Positions 11,807 through 24,760 of a stretch of DNA of 64,000 nt are shown here, in pieces. Positions within the stretch are counted from its first letter, which is position 1, and every line of letters starts with the position of its first letter. Below the pieces are notes generated by a model. The model had not been told where the DNA came from and did not search any database. It was given only the letters and a program-made list of their open reading frames with translations. Source of the DNA: Camelus dromedarius (lineage: Eukaryota); contig NC_087436.1 of NCBI RefSeq assembly GCF_036321535.1, positions 36,396,001 to 36,460,000 on the forward strand. Reading direction: 5' to 3'. A program made the translations under genes and the position numbers.

Positions 11807-12859
11807 GTAAGATTATCATCTGTCATCTTTCTTATTTGTACTTATTAACTATATTTATTATATTATATACAGGCACGCTTGCACGCCCATATAGCCAGAG
11901 CCTTCGGTGCCTTCCTTCCAGTTACATGTTACACCTTATCATATACAGTGTGTTTCAAGAAGCAAAGTCACCTCTTTTCAGTGCTACAGACTTGAAAGTG
12001 CCTAGAAACCCAATTAGAATTTGCTGACAGTCTCTGGTACACAGAATAAATTAATATAGCTTTCCAAGGTAAGGAAGTCATTAGGCAGAGAATCCAATTG
12101 TGACTTAGGGATTAAAAAATATTTTCCTCTCATTATACGATTGCATATAACTTGTATTCTTATTAACAGGAGCTAGATCCTAGTTTTCCTACAAGAAAAG
12201 AGACAGCCTACAAGACACCAGGATAAATCTCAGACTTTGCCTTCCTCTCTTAAAGAATATTACCATCCTGTACAATTTTGGAGTCAGTACTACATTTCAA
12301 TGGGTAGACGCCATTATTTGGCTGGGGAATTTCAATTGTCCCTAGCTTTTTGGGGCCCTGAGACCCTGTTGTATATTTCCTCTTATGCCAACTCATGAGC
12401 AAAGCTGATAATCTCATGAGTAATTAAAGCATTAAACAAAACCAGTTAATAAACCTATAAGATAAATTACTCAAACTTTAAAAAATCAGTTCTCTCTCCT
12501 CCAAGGAATTTCACATGCGGTTCAAATGAGATCTTAAGACAATATCAAAATTTTTACTTACTTTGATTGCTTGGCCAGGTTGCAATGTGAAATGTATTCC
12601 TGTAAAACTTTCCTCAGGAAGAAGGGGGCTGAGCATGAAATCTAGTATCAAAGACACATGAAATGGTAGTATCGCACTGAACTTAGAACTATCTGGTTAA
12701 ACACCTTCATTTGATAGATAGGAAAACGAGACCAAAGACGTTAAGTGACTTGTTCCAAGCCCCATTAGTAAGTGCCAGAGTGAGAATTAGAACTTCTGTC
12801 TTTTACTTTTCAGTCAACTATCTCTCACCACATCAAACCAGCATTAGAGATGCTAAGCA

Positions 12860-13570
12860 GCAAGCAATGGCCTGGTGTTTGGTCTCTCAACAGGAATAAG
12901 GATAAAGAACACAAACCAATAATATTTTTTAAAGACATGTAACTGAGGAATACACATATTAAAAATTGTTTAATCTCCCCATAGTCAAATAAATGCAAGT
13001 TAAGACAGGAAATTCTATTTTTTTCCAATTAAAAATTTTAATGATACCCAGTAATGGTAAGAATGTTCTCTGTAAATAGAGGTAAAAGTTTTACCATGTG
13101 CATCAAAAGCCTTAAAATTTTTTATCTTTTTAATTTAATTTAGCAATTCTACTTCTAGTAATTTATCAAATAAAATAAAGATGTATGTGAAAAATTATTC
13201 AGAGACGTTCACTGCAGCATTGTATACAATAGTGAAAAGTTAGAAGAAATCTATGTGTCCAAAAACAGTAATACTTCACTCCTACGTAGGAATGCAAGGC
13301 AACCATTATAGGTCGTATTTTTGAAGAATATGTAACACACAGAAAATGCTTGTGATATGTTAAGTGTAAGAAATCAAATTAATAACCAGTGTAAATAACA
13401 TAAGTGAAAAGAAAAAATTACTGGGAGGACATATATCAGAACATTGCAGTGGTTATATCTGAGGATGGGATTACAAGCTATTTTTCTCATTGTTATTTTT
13501 TGAACAATTTTATGTACTTCTCAAAGTTTTTCAGTGAACATGATTTATATCTCTAACTGGAAAAACAAGC
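12860..13570. mobile_element. Degraded old L1 fragments in IL21 intron 3
   Basis: L1 3'-region-like phrases (gcaattctacttctagtaattta, gttcactgcagcattgt, gtggttatatctg) in mixed orientation. Confidence 0.5.
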
Positions 13571-13637
13571 TTTGAATAAACATTTTATTAAACAGGATAA
13601 AAGCTTTAAAGAAGATTATTCTTTCATTGATTTCTAG

Positions 13638-13715
13638 ACATGCCCTTCATGTGATTCTTATGAGAAAAAACCACCCAAAGAATTCCTAGAAAGACTGAAA
13701 TCACTCATCCAAAAG
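13638..13715 (+). CDS. IL21: Interleukin-21 exon 4
   Basis: Acceptor ttgatttctag|, 78 nt encoding [26 protein letters not shown] (C122, C125), donor AAG|gtatat. Confidence 0.98.
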
Positions 13716-13807
13716 GTATATAACTTAAATTGTATATGACTGTCAAGTTCATCTTTACCCAGATTGCTTCCTATACTTGGGTTACTCATGGTATACTATT
13801 TCCACAG

Positions 13808-13831
13808 ATGATCCATCAGCATCTCTCCTAG
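13808..13831 (+). CDS. IL21: Interleukin-21 exon 5 coding part
   Basis: Acceptor tatttccacag|, encodes MIHQHLS then TAG (13829-13831). Intron 4 is 92 nt. Confidence 0.97.
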   Translation: MIHQHLS

Positions 13832-16450
13832 AACACGTGGAATACGAAGGTTGCAGAAGATCTCACTTGAAGCTGGACACTATATTACAGACTCTAACAC
13901 AGTAGTGAAACTCACTTCTTGGTATTCCAAATGGAGGAGTACGACATATTAGTGATGGGGGAAAACTCAGATAAGTGTTCAAAGTCAGGATTATTTACCC
14001 CAAATCACTATGCATGACTTCAGTTTGATCCACACACTCTGTGTTTGGTCAACTTGAAAAGACTTTGTTCTCAATTAGAGTCTGATTTCCTGTGTTATAG
14101 GTTTTGATGACTTCTAAAGTTTTAACTTTATCTTACTGCCCAACTATGACATCTCTTAGAGAAGCTTAAAATTTTTAGCCAAAAATACAATTTGGGGATT
14201 TATTGATCTTATATTCACCTTGATCTTGATTACCACAAGAATGAGGTTTCTGATGATCATAACTTAAAAGTTCTACACCTTCACTCAAGAGGAAAAACAC
14301 AGAAGTATAGGGTGAAAATCAAAGTTGAACATTTATTCTTTTAAGAAAATGAAAACTGAGTATTTAAAATCTATATATGAAGACGTTTTTCCCTCAGAAT
14401 GTCTAACATATGATTTATTTATGTACCAGGAAGATAGCTTTACGAGATGGCTCAAAAAACCTCTGACTTCTTTATTGGGATTTATCAAAATATTTAAATA
14501 CTATAGACATGAATGTATTTATGGAATAGACTCTTTCAGTCTCTTTTTCTCTAAGTGGGTGTAATAGTACCTTCCCCAACTTAAGTCCCTTTATAACCTA
14601 ACATTCTAAGCTTATGGAAATGGCAATTAAAATTTATAGAGGGACATATATTAGGTGGTCTTCTGGAACCAAACAGAATTTTTGTAAGTCTTGTGGCTCT
14701 CTTCCCCAATTGTTATAATGATTGTATGGGAGTGAGCTAATCATGCCAAACGTCTATTTCCTTCCTTCTTTCTTCCTGTCTTGTCTTTCATCTTTTTAAA
14801 TTGGCAGACACTTTGTGTTGCATGTGTTCTATATAAGGTAAATCACCTCTACAAAACCAAAATCAAGAGACAAATCAAGAGGCCAGGACTCCTGTCCTAG
14901 TAGAAAACAGACCTTTGCATAAGCATCCCCATCTTTCAACCATGGGTAGTAGAAACAAGCAGCCTGCTCTAACTGCCATTTCATATCAACTCCAGCAGTT
15001 TATTTAAATATACAGTTAAAAACGCTAGAAAAATAAAATTTTCACTAGACTGTTATAAGCTATTTGAGAATCTCTAATAGTAAAATGGCTGAGTGTACAA
15101 GAGGATGTTGAACGGGAAATACTTTATGCTTTGAGAAGAAAAATGATCTACTTAAAAATATTTTTTAAACAAGTACAGATTAATTTATGGTTCTAAAACA
15201 TATGTTAGAAATCAATGATTTTATGAAATCTCAATGAAACGTTTTATCCTCAGAAATAAGGTATGCTGTGCTAGAATTTTAAAATGTTATTACAAAGAAG
15301 TCATGTAAATACATGCACCATGATGACAACATGCATCTACAGCCTGCCCCAGAGTCAGGCCAGGTTGTTGGGATTAATATGGAAAGTAAGCACGAGGTTG
15401 ACTTGGGAAAGATGGAGTCCTTATTTCTTGTTTCTGGCTTTACCATTGTTGACTTCTTTCACACTGTGATTTTATATTTAAAATAACATATTTATTTTGG
15501 TGTGTTTACTGTTAAAAATCTCTGTTCTAATCCTTTCAACCAGAGTTCTACTTTAAAAATAAAATTAATTTAATGGAGTGCTGGCTAAAAGCCTTCACTA
15601 AACTGAGTTTAAAGACTCGGGTAAAGACCCTAGCAACATCCCAAGGAAAGCAATGCATCAGAATAAACAAGATGAAGAAGTGAGACTTGAACTGCTCCAT
15701 CTTCACTGCTCTGTGTTCAAGACCTAGTCAGCCCCCCAAAAGGATCTTAGGCTAACCTGTAAGCATTGCTGTTCACCTATGGATGGTGGTGCAGGAGACT
15801 GGAAATCTCGCTGGCTGTGAAATTGTGGTCATTTCCTTAAATTTTTTGGTTTCCATTTCTTTATCTGTAGAGTGAGGGTGTTGGACTTAATCTCTAAGGA
15901 ATATTCTGCCTTTTTTTGAGCTTTATGTGTCTATGAGTATCTGAAGTTCTGGATATTCTTATAGGAACATCTGACCATACTCCCGAGTAAAACTTTCTAC
16001 TGAACCTGGTGTTCATTTGCTCAACATCATTTCAATAGCAGGAAGAAGGGACATGTTTCCCCCCAAAAAGGAAGGAAGGAAAAAAGAAAGAAGGAAGGAA
16101 GGAAAGAAGGAAGGAAAAAAGATTGCTGTAGGTCATGGGAGTTCAGGAAAAATAATCATGATTTTTACCATTTTAGCTCAAAGTGTCTTCTTCGGACACG
16201 TATAAAATTGTAGCATTATTATTCTATATTATTGCTCTGTTGTATTTACATTTGCATTTGAGAATTTAGTTTTAATGTAAACTATGTACTTTATAACTTA
16301 ATGATTATTTATTATATATTTGGTTTTAAATGTTTATGTTCATGGCTTCATATTTAAGACCTGATCATATTAAATACTACCCAGTCAGTACTACTGTCTT
16401 TTGTGATTCCCTGGAAACCCATAATTCAATAGTCTTAGCAGAAAATAAAA
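13832..16450 (+). other. IL21: Probable long IL21 3' UTR with AU-rich elements
   Basis: No obvious interspersed repeats. ATTTATTTA at 14413-14421 and a very AU-rich block at about 16200-16380. Candidate poly(A) signals are AATAAA 15032, AATAAA 15558, ATTAAA 16369 and AATAAA 16444. The true end cannot be determined from sequence. Confidence 0.55.
16069..16120 (+). repeat. (GAAG)n purine-rich simple repeat
   Basis: Direct reading. Confidence 0.9.
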
Positions 16451-18092
16451 GATGATCCTTAGTTTCTGTCAACATATAGTTTTTATATGTATATGGTAAA
16501 GACGATCTTTTCTCCTTACATAATTTCACTCAAATGGAACTTTCCAATTCCTGTCCCTACCTCAAGGACACTTCCTTTGCAGCCCTCATAAACGTATGGC
16601 AGGTCTAAGAGGAGTTGAAGATCTCCTTCCCAATGCCCATGACACGTACACTCTTGTGCAAAATTCATTCTTGCTTTGAAGTTTATACCATCTAGCTTGG
16701 CTCTCCCCTTACTTCTTATTGAGGATTGTCAACTCCTCCATGAACTCCTCCATGTTCTTTCAAGACTGAGACAAGTTCCTTTTCTTGAATCCGGATTCTA
16801 CCAACATCCTGGGTAATTTCAGTGACCATGAGGAGGATTCCACAACACTGTAGCTTCTCAGAATCTTGAGCGGCTCAGTTCCAAACACCTGCATGTTTTA
16901 CCCCATCATCAGACCCCTCCCATGACCATGCACCAGACTTCATCACCTGGAACCATTCTCTGTCTGAAATCTTTACATATATAAAAACACCCACCTGCTA
17001 GGCTCTTTGCTCTCAAACTGCCCTACTACATCTTCCCTGAGGCTCGATCACGACAGCCAGGCCTTCACCCTTCCCATTCTCTCAGTTCATTAGCTTTCCT
17101 CTCTCCCCCACTGATCCTGGGCCCCTGATCAATCCCCTGAACTGCAAACTTGGCAGCACACACAAGCTCATTCTTCTCGACGACCTGCCTATAAACTCCT
17201 GACCTAGATGTCTGTCTTGCTCCCCTAGTCCAGCTTCAGACCCTGGCTCTGGCCTCTTTCCTTTGGAGACCCTTTCAGACTCCCCTATCTGACTTACTGG
17301 AGTCACTTTCCCACTTCATTCTCAGCTCTAAACACTTACTTGCTTTCAACAGCTGCCTCCATCTACTCCAGTCCACAGGTTAGTGTGGGCATGGCCTCAC
17401 CTCACGTGGAGGAGAGAGGTTTGGGTATTTATGTGAACTTAAGCTTGTTGAAAGAGTAGTCTATGCATGTGTCTACACTCCCTCACCTCCTATCCACTTC
17501 AAACCACTATAATCTGTTTTCTACCCATCCCACACCCTATCGCTGTATCATTAAAATTGTCCTTTCTTTGGTCAACAATGACCTCCAAATTACTCAACTC
17601 GCAAATGCATCTAAATCCTTATCTTACTTGATTTGACTGTGACCTTTGCTGTCTTTGATTACACTCTCTCATTCCCCTTTTTGACTCTGGAGGCTACTCT
17701 TCCTTCTGCTTCTTGTCTTACCTCTCTGACCATACATTTTCAGTATCAGTTGTAGGTTTGCTTCCCTGCATCCTCCCCTTAGAAGATGATGTTCTTGAGG
17801 ATACTGTCCTTGGCCACCTTTTCAGTTTAAACCTTTTCCCTCTAAACCTTTTCCCTCAACAGTCGAGTAAGTTCCTGTTGTTTTAAATACCCCTGTATAT
17901 GCCACCGACCCTCAAATCTATAGATAAAGGCTATTTCTTTCTTCTAATTCCCAGGCCCATAGATCCAACTTCTCCCTGGAGATTTTCATCTTTATCTTCC
18001 AGGCCCTTCACCTAATCTCACATGCCAAAATTGATCTCATTACTTTTCCCCATTTCTGTGACTTTCTCTGTTTTCCAGTATTGCCTAATCTT

Positions 18093-19720
18093 GTTCTTCC
18101 ATTTCTATCAGTTTTTAATTTTTCTTTTTTTTAGAATTATTTTTTATTGAGGTAACTGGTTTATAACATTATATAAGTAAAATGTGTACAATATTATATT
18201 TCTACTTCTGTATACACTACAGCGTGCTCACCACCAAAATTTAGTTACCACCTGTCGCCATACGATTGACCCCCTTTACCCATTTCACCTTCCCTTTCCT
18301 GCCCCTTCCCCTCCAGTAACCACTATTCTGTTCTCTATATTGTGTTTTGTTTGATATGCTCACATATTTTGATTTTGGTTTGCTTTTCTGTTTTTTATAT
18401 TCCACATCTGAGTGAAATCATATTGTATTTGCCTTTCTCTGACTGACTTATTTCACTCAGCATAAATACCCCTAAGGCCCATCTTCACTGTTGCAAAAAA
18501 AATAAATAAGTAAGTAAAGATTCCATCCTTTCATCCTTTTTATGGCTGAGTAGTATTCCACAGATATATACACCACATCTTCTTTTTTTTTTAACGTTTT
18601 TTATTGATTTATAATCATTTTACAATGTTGTGTCAAATTCCAGTGTTCAGCACAATTTTTCAGTTATTCATGGACATAAATACACTCATTGTCACATTTT
18701 TTTCTCTGTGAGTTATCATAACATTTTGTGTATATTTCCCTGTGCTATACAGTGTAGTCTATTCTACAATTTTGAAATCCCAGTCTATCCCTTCCCACCC
18801 TCCACCCCCCTGGTAACCACAAGTCTGTATTCTCTGTCTGTGAGTCTATTTCTGTCCTTTATTTACGCTTTGTTTTTGTTTGTTTGTTTGTTTTTGTTTT
18901 TGTTTTTTAGATTCCACATATGAGCGATCTCATATGGTATTTTTCTTTCTCTTTCTGGCTTACTTCACTTAGAATGACATTCTCCAGGAGCATCCATGTT
19001 GCTGCAAATGGCATTATGTTGTCGGTTTTTATGGCTGAGTAGTATTCCATTGTATAAATATACCACCTCTTCTTTATCCAGTCACCTGTTGATGGACATT
19101 TAGGCTGTTTCCATGTTTTGGCTATTGTAAATAGTGCTGCTATGAACATTGGGGTGCAGGTGTCATCCTGAAGTAGATTTCCTTCTGGATACAAGCCCAG
19201 GAGTGGGATTCCTGGGTCACATGGTAAGTCTATTCCTAGTCTTTTGAGGAATCTCCACACTGTTTTCCATAGTGGCTGCACCAAACTGCATTCCCACCAG
19301 CAGTGTAGGAGGGTTCCCCTTTCTCCACAGCCTCTCCAGCATTTGTCACTTGTGGATTTTTGAATGACGGCCATTCTGACTGGTGTGAGGTGATACCTCA
19401 TTGTAGTTTTGATTTGCATTTCTCTGATAATTAGTGATATTGAGCATTTTTTCATGTGCTTTTTGATCATTTGTATGTCTTCCTTGGAGAATTGCTTGTT
19501 TAGGTCTTCTGCCCATTTTTGGATTGGGTTGTTTATTTTTTTCTTATTGAGTCGTATGAGCTGCTTATATATTCTGGAGATCAAGCCTTTGTCGGTTTCA
19601 CTTGCAAAAATTTTCTCCCATTCTGTAGGTTTTCTCACCACATCTTCTTAATCCATGCATCTGTTGATAGGCACTTGGGTTGCTTCTGTATTTCGGCTAT
19701 TGTAAACAATGCCATGATGG
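18093..19720 (-). mobile_element. Older 5'-truncated LINE-1 3' end (host of nested L1)
   Basis: Degenerate poly(T) then L1 3'UTR text. Flanked by an imperfect 17-bp TSD, CAGTATTGCCTAATCTT (18076-18092) and CAGTATTCTCTAATCTT (19721-19737). Confidence 0.8.
18585..19635 (-). mobile_element. Young 5'-truncated LINE-1 with intact ORF2 C-terminus
   Basis: Uninterrupted ORF2 C-terminal frame at 18907-19635 including the cysteine-rich [18 protein letters not shown] motif. Perfect 14-bp TSD CACCACATCTTCTT (18571-18584 and 19636-19649). Poly(A) tail on the minus strand. Confidence 0.95.
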
Positions 19721-22224
19721 CAGTATTCTCTAATCTTAATTGATGGGAATGCATTTCCCAGCCTCCAAGACTCTGCCTTCTCTCTCATACACTATAACCA
19801 ATTAGCTTTGGGCTTTGCTATTTCTAGCTCTTAAATCCTTCCTTTTTCCTACTCCCTCTGCCATTGCCTTAATTCAGGTTTTCAGCAATGGTTGCAATAA
19901 CTTTCGGTTGGGTTTTTAGCCTCTTGCCTTCTTCTCTTTCCAATCTATCTCTGCGTGGCCACCAGAATGATACTTTATAAAATTTAAGTCTGATCACAAC
20001 TCTCCATTATTTAAAACCTTTCACTGGCTCTCCTTTGGATAGCCCAGGAATGAAACATGGTATGTAAAACCCTTTATCATCTGCTCCACTCAGTTCCCAG
20101 CCTCTCTTCACCTTGAACTTCAGATTCCAGCCAATCCAATCTACTTCTATTTCCCTGGACACATCATGCTGTTTTGTTTCTCTGTGCCTTTGTACTTGCA
20201 GTGACCTCCCCCGGGAACACTACTTCTCTACCCTCTTCCTTAGCACCCAGAAAACCCCTCATGTGTCCATCAATAATCAGCTTAGTCATCACTTCCTCTA
20301 GAAAGATTTTCATCATCATCTTACTCCATCTCTCTGACAGTGTTAATCTCTCTCCACTTTCAGAAATTGAACATACTATGATTATTAGATTTAATGTGGT
20401 GTACACAAATTTACTGATTTATATGTCTGTTTCTCTTTCTACAATATAAGCCCTTTGGCAGAAGGAATTGCATTTTGCTAGCACAGTGCCTTGTATATGC
20501 TAGAAAACCTACAGTAGAAAACAAATGTTTACATAATTGAATTGAACTAAATATATAATTATGTGTGGAAATTTTCCTTGACATTTCTCCTTCTCTTTCA
20601 TGTTCAATTGAATTATCACCAAAGCCAGTGATAACTGCCAACTGTTCTTAAAATATCTCTAGACTCCAACTATTTGCTAACATCTCCAGTCCCACTTTAT
20701 TGAGGCCACCACAATCTCTCACCCAGATGATTGTATTATCTTCCCAAATAGTTTCCCTACTTTTGTCCTTGCCCCTCACCAAAATCTATTTGCAACAAAG
20801 CAACCTGAATGACCCTTTAAAAACTCATCAGAATATGTTACCCTCCAGCTCAAAATCTTCCAATGGCTCTCATCTCATTCAAGGTAAAGCCTGAGTCCTA
20901 CAACAGGGGCTATATGGTCATGTCCCCTCTACCCTCCCATCTCTCTAAGCTCGGTTTCACTCTTCTTGCGCAAATCCAGTCACACTGACATGCTTTCCTT
21001 TCTCCAACACTCCTAAGCCATTTGTACTTTTCTGTTCCTTCCTCTGGAATGCTCTCTTTCGGAATGTCCATGTGGTCCACTGTCTCACCTCCTACATGTC
21101 CATGTTCAGCTGTCATCTTCTCCACCAGGTCTTCTCTGACCACCACTGTATTTTAAATTGCAACCTCTCCCTTATTTTATTTTTCTCCATAGTACTTACC
21201 ATCCTGGACATACATATTTTAATAATTTACGTGTTTATTGTCTGTGTCCTCCACTAGAATGTAAGCTCAATTTTACAGAGATTTGTTCTGTTTTGTTCAC
21301 TGCTATATATCTAGCACCTAGAACCATGCCTTGAACATAGAAAGAACTCATTAAATATTTGTAGAAAGAATTGATGGGTTCTATGATGGTTGACACTGGA
21401 GGTCTCCCATAGGGTTTTAATCCCCAGTGCACAGTTTGTTTTCTTTTTATTATGCAAGTGGTGTACTAATGGTTTTTTCCCTTAGAGCTTCTCCCTGGCC
21501 TCTCGGTATCATGTGTTTTCTGCAAATTTCCCCCCATCCTCTTATCTGATGTACCCACATCTCTTTATTTTTGAAGTTGGCCTTCAACGATCCAAAATTT
21601 GGAAGATAAAAATGGAAACATTCTACTTATCATTAAAATTTTAGCAAAAATATTTTTCTTAAGAAAACTTCTGGGGTTTTATTGTCTAGAGTTCCTTTAC
21701 TTGTAGATAAAGCATTTTGATGTTTCTCAATCATACCACTGAAACTCTTCCATATGATATCCCTTCTCCCCTTACAAAAACAGAAAATATAAAGCATCCA
21801 TACACCCATTAATGAGTCCCTAACGAGGTCTTTTCCATCTTCGTTCATAATGAATATTTTATTTTTTTCAAGAAGGCTTCCTTGCATGTTACAAATTATT
21901 TTATTTTTCTCACTTTCTTTAGTTTTCTTTCGTTCTGAATGAGATGGTAAAGTGCTATGGAGAAACGCTACAGAGAAACACAACCAGAGAGAAGGGCTTG
22001 GGTGGGGTGGGCGGGGCGTTGTGAGGCAGATGAGAGAGCAATTTGAAATAGGATGGATACCTACATTCAATCTTTTCCTTGGTTTCAATGAGGTTAAGTG
22101 AGGAATAACATGAAGTTCAGCAGCAGTCATGTGATTACAAAAAAAGCCTGAGAGAAAACTCTGAGATAGTGTTGAAATGGGCTTCAGGTCAAATGAATTC
22201 TCTAATAAGTGTCAACAAATTGGC

Positions 22225-22389
22225 AAGTGGTTCTCAGCCCGGCATGCATTAGAGTCATCTGGGGAGCTTATTAAAAACACTACTGGGTATTTCATTAAAA
22301 TAAAATCAGAATGTCTGAGGGCCTGTGCATTGGTGGTATGTAAAACTCTCCAGGTGATTCTGGTGTGTAATCAGGGCTGAGAACCACTG
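22225..22389. mobile_element. MER5A hAT-Charlie MITE
   Basis: Terminal inverted repeats agtggttctca / tgagaaccactg and internal ccaggtgattct. Confidence 0.8.
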
Positions 22390-22659
22390 AGTCAAGGCAG
22401 TGCTGACATTTTATGGCCAGGACAGAGAGATGATATGTACTACTAAATTATGAGCACATTATTGTACTGTTTCCAAGTCATTTCCTTTTTGCAACAATTT
22501 AATTCTCTCCGAGGTCCTGACAACAAAGATAGCACCAAAAGATGGGCTTTTTTTTTTTTTTTATAACAGAAAGAGAATTCTGGAGATGTTTTTAATAGGA
22601 TGAATTATTTGCTTAAAAAAGGAATAGATTTGGAATAATCGTATAAAAGAATTCAATAC

Positions 22660-22975
22660 AGTAATAGATAAAGGAATAGTAGCTACATGGCTGAATCCCA
22701 GAAACATAAGGCTAAATAAAAGATGCCAGACATAAGAGAATATGTATTTAATGATTCCATTTATATGAGGTTCCCAAACAGGAAAACTAACAGACAGTAT
22801 TAGAAGGCTGAGGGTAGTTATCCTTGGGGAGAATGAGGCTAGTAATTGAGAGAAAAAATGATGGGGTGCTCCTGGGGTTCCAGTAATGCTACATTTCTTG
22901 ACCCAGGAGGAGGTATTTAGTGAGTTTATGACTTACAACATTTTCTCTATGTATAATTCAATAAAAAGTTGAACC
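22660..22975 (+). mobile_element. Old L1 3' end fragment
   Basis: tgattccatttatatgaggttc...tttcttgacc...ttcaataaaaagtt. Confidence 0.65.
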
Positions 22976-24744
22976 TAAATGAGAGAAAAAGGTGTTTTAA
23001 AGAAATCCTCTTTATCAGATGAATGATATACGGCACTTCTAGAAATGCAAACAATAGAGGAGGCAATGGAGAGGGAAAACAGTTAGCTAAGCAGTAACAG
23101 GGAGGAGAGTGAAGAAAAAAACCAGAAATTGCTACAGAGGAAGGCTGAAGTTGTGGTACCTCAGTTAAAAAATAACACCTTTAAAATTATCTTTTTAAAC
23201 TAGCCCTGATCATGCTACAATCTTCCTGTTAGGCTGAGAGATGGTCAGTTGGGAGGAGAAAGTTTGTGTTGTTGTGTGTTTTTCCCCTATAATCTTAATT
23301 CAAGAAAATTCCCAAATCTAACTTATGAAAGAAAAGAGAAAGAATGAGAGAAAGACAGACAGAGGAAGAGAGAGAGAAGAGAAAACAGTAAGTATCCTTG
23401 ATTGGGTTTTCCCAGAAGTAGAACCTGAGTCAAGGATTCCAGTGCCAGTGGTTTACTAAGAAAATGCCAGGAAAACCGGGAAGGGAATGGGGAAAGCAGG
23501 ACTGGAAGGAGAAATGCAGGCCTGGGTGTAAATTCAGGAGAAGCCCCAGATTCAACTTAACCCTGCAGGGCGCCCTGGAGAGCTGTTAGTTCTGCCTGGA
23601 ATGCAAGGGACTGGGCTTCTGTACTTCTGCAACCAACCGCCGGTTATGTCTGCGGAGCCTCAGGACACAGTGAGGCTGCTCCAGTGCCTAAGGACCAGCC
23701 TCTGAGTGTCCCATGTCATCAAAGTGCACAGATGGGATGGGCACACAGTGCTGGTGAAAAGGATCCAAGGGCATCTGGGCAGGCACCAACAGTCTACTAC
23801 AGAAAGAATGATTTTTTTTAAAGTTTGTTTTTTTAAATAAGAAGGTGGCTTAGGGCAAAGATTAATTTTCTTATCAAAATGATGTAGTTTCAGGAAAGTT
23901 AGGATATATTTGCTCATATGTAATTATATATGTATTTATGGTATATATTTTATATAGGTTATCTCTTTTGGGGAGGGCACAACTTAATTCTCAAAAGCCC
24001 CCTTAACCTAAAGGAACCCAGTGGGGATAAACAAATCTGCAGCACAAAGAGTGAGCTCTCAAGGGCAAGCATGTGATACTACTGATGGGCACGCCGAGGA
24101 GGACCTGCTACCCCTCCTTACCAACCTATCCCTGCCCCAGGGCAGCCATCACTCCATGCTACAAACAGAATAGATTTTTCCTGATTAGAATATTCTTATT
24201 CACAGAATGTAGGGCAGTTGGTGGATTTGAAGCTTCTAGTAAGTCTCCCCCCCCACTTTTTTTTTTTAAAATTCAGTTGAAATCAACCATTCCTTGGGAG
24301 AAATGCCATTGTGAATGGAATTAAAACATATCTGTTGATGGAGAAATCAATCCTGAAAAGAGAAAAGAGTTTGGAGCTGGTCACTCAGAACAGTGGAGAA
24401 GGGCAGGTGTGGCCAGGTTGGAAACAATCATTCACAACATTATGGGTGGGAAAGTGCTTAGTGCTGTCTGGCAAAGCTTTTCCCATAGGCCAAGTCCCTG
24501 ACACAGAGAGAACTAAACAGCATTAGAATGCAAAATGTTATGATACAACTTTTGCTCTGAAGTTACTGCTAGTGGATCAAAGCCTGATCAATGACTTGAG
24601 TCGTGACCATGAGCAATGTATTCATAGTGAATCACAGGGAACATTTCCTATTTGCCTTTATTATTATTAGCACCTCTTCATTTCCTGACAGAGCTTATCA
24701 CCGAATATGTCCTTTTAAAAAGATAACCTTTTAAGGAGAGGACA

Positions 24745-24760
24745 TGCTGCCACCTATCGA
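24745..24760 (-). promoter_or_regulatory. Candidate CTCF site (reverse orientation)
   Basis: Minus strand reads TCGATAGGTGGCAGCA against the consensus CCASYAGRKGGCRS. Confidence 0.5.

Larger units (their letters stand above)
16720..21378 (+). mobile_element. Fragmented LINE-2 sequences interrupted by L1 insertions
   Basis: Pyrimidine-rich L2-like body. L2 3' end signature cactagaatgtaagctc...cacctagaaccatgcc...aaatatttgtagaaagaa near 21250-21375, and a second 3'-end-like tract near 20440-20550. Confidence 0.65.

Noticed and set aside
13683..13693. BCL6/STAT-like TTCCTAGAAAG inside exon 4
   Set aside because: It is explained by the conserved F-L-E-R codons, with no independent support for regulatory use.
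16731..17857. Short perfect tandem duplications (AACTCCTCCATG x2 at 16731; TAAACCTTTTCCCTC x2 at 17828)
   Set aside because: Ordinary slippage duplications within old L2 sequence.
18907..19641. 244-aa ORF as a host gene
   Set aside because: It is the LINE-1 ORF2 C-terminus of a 5'-truncated copy, and its start codon lies in the TSD.
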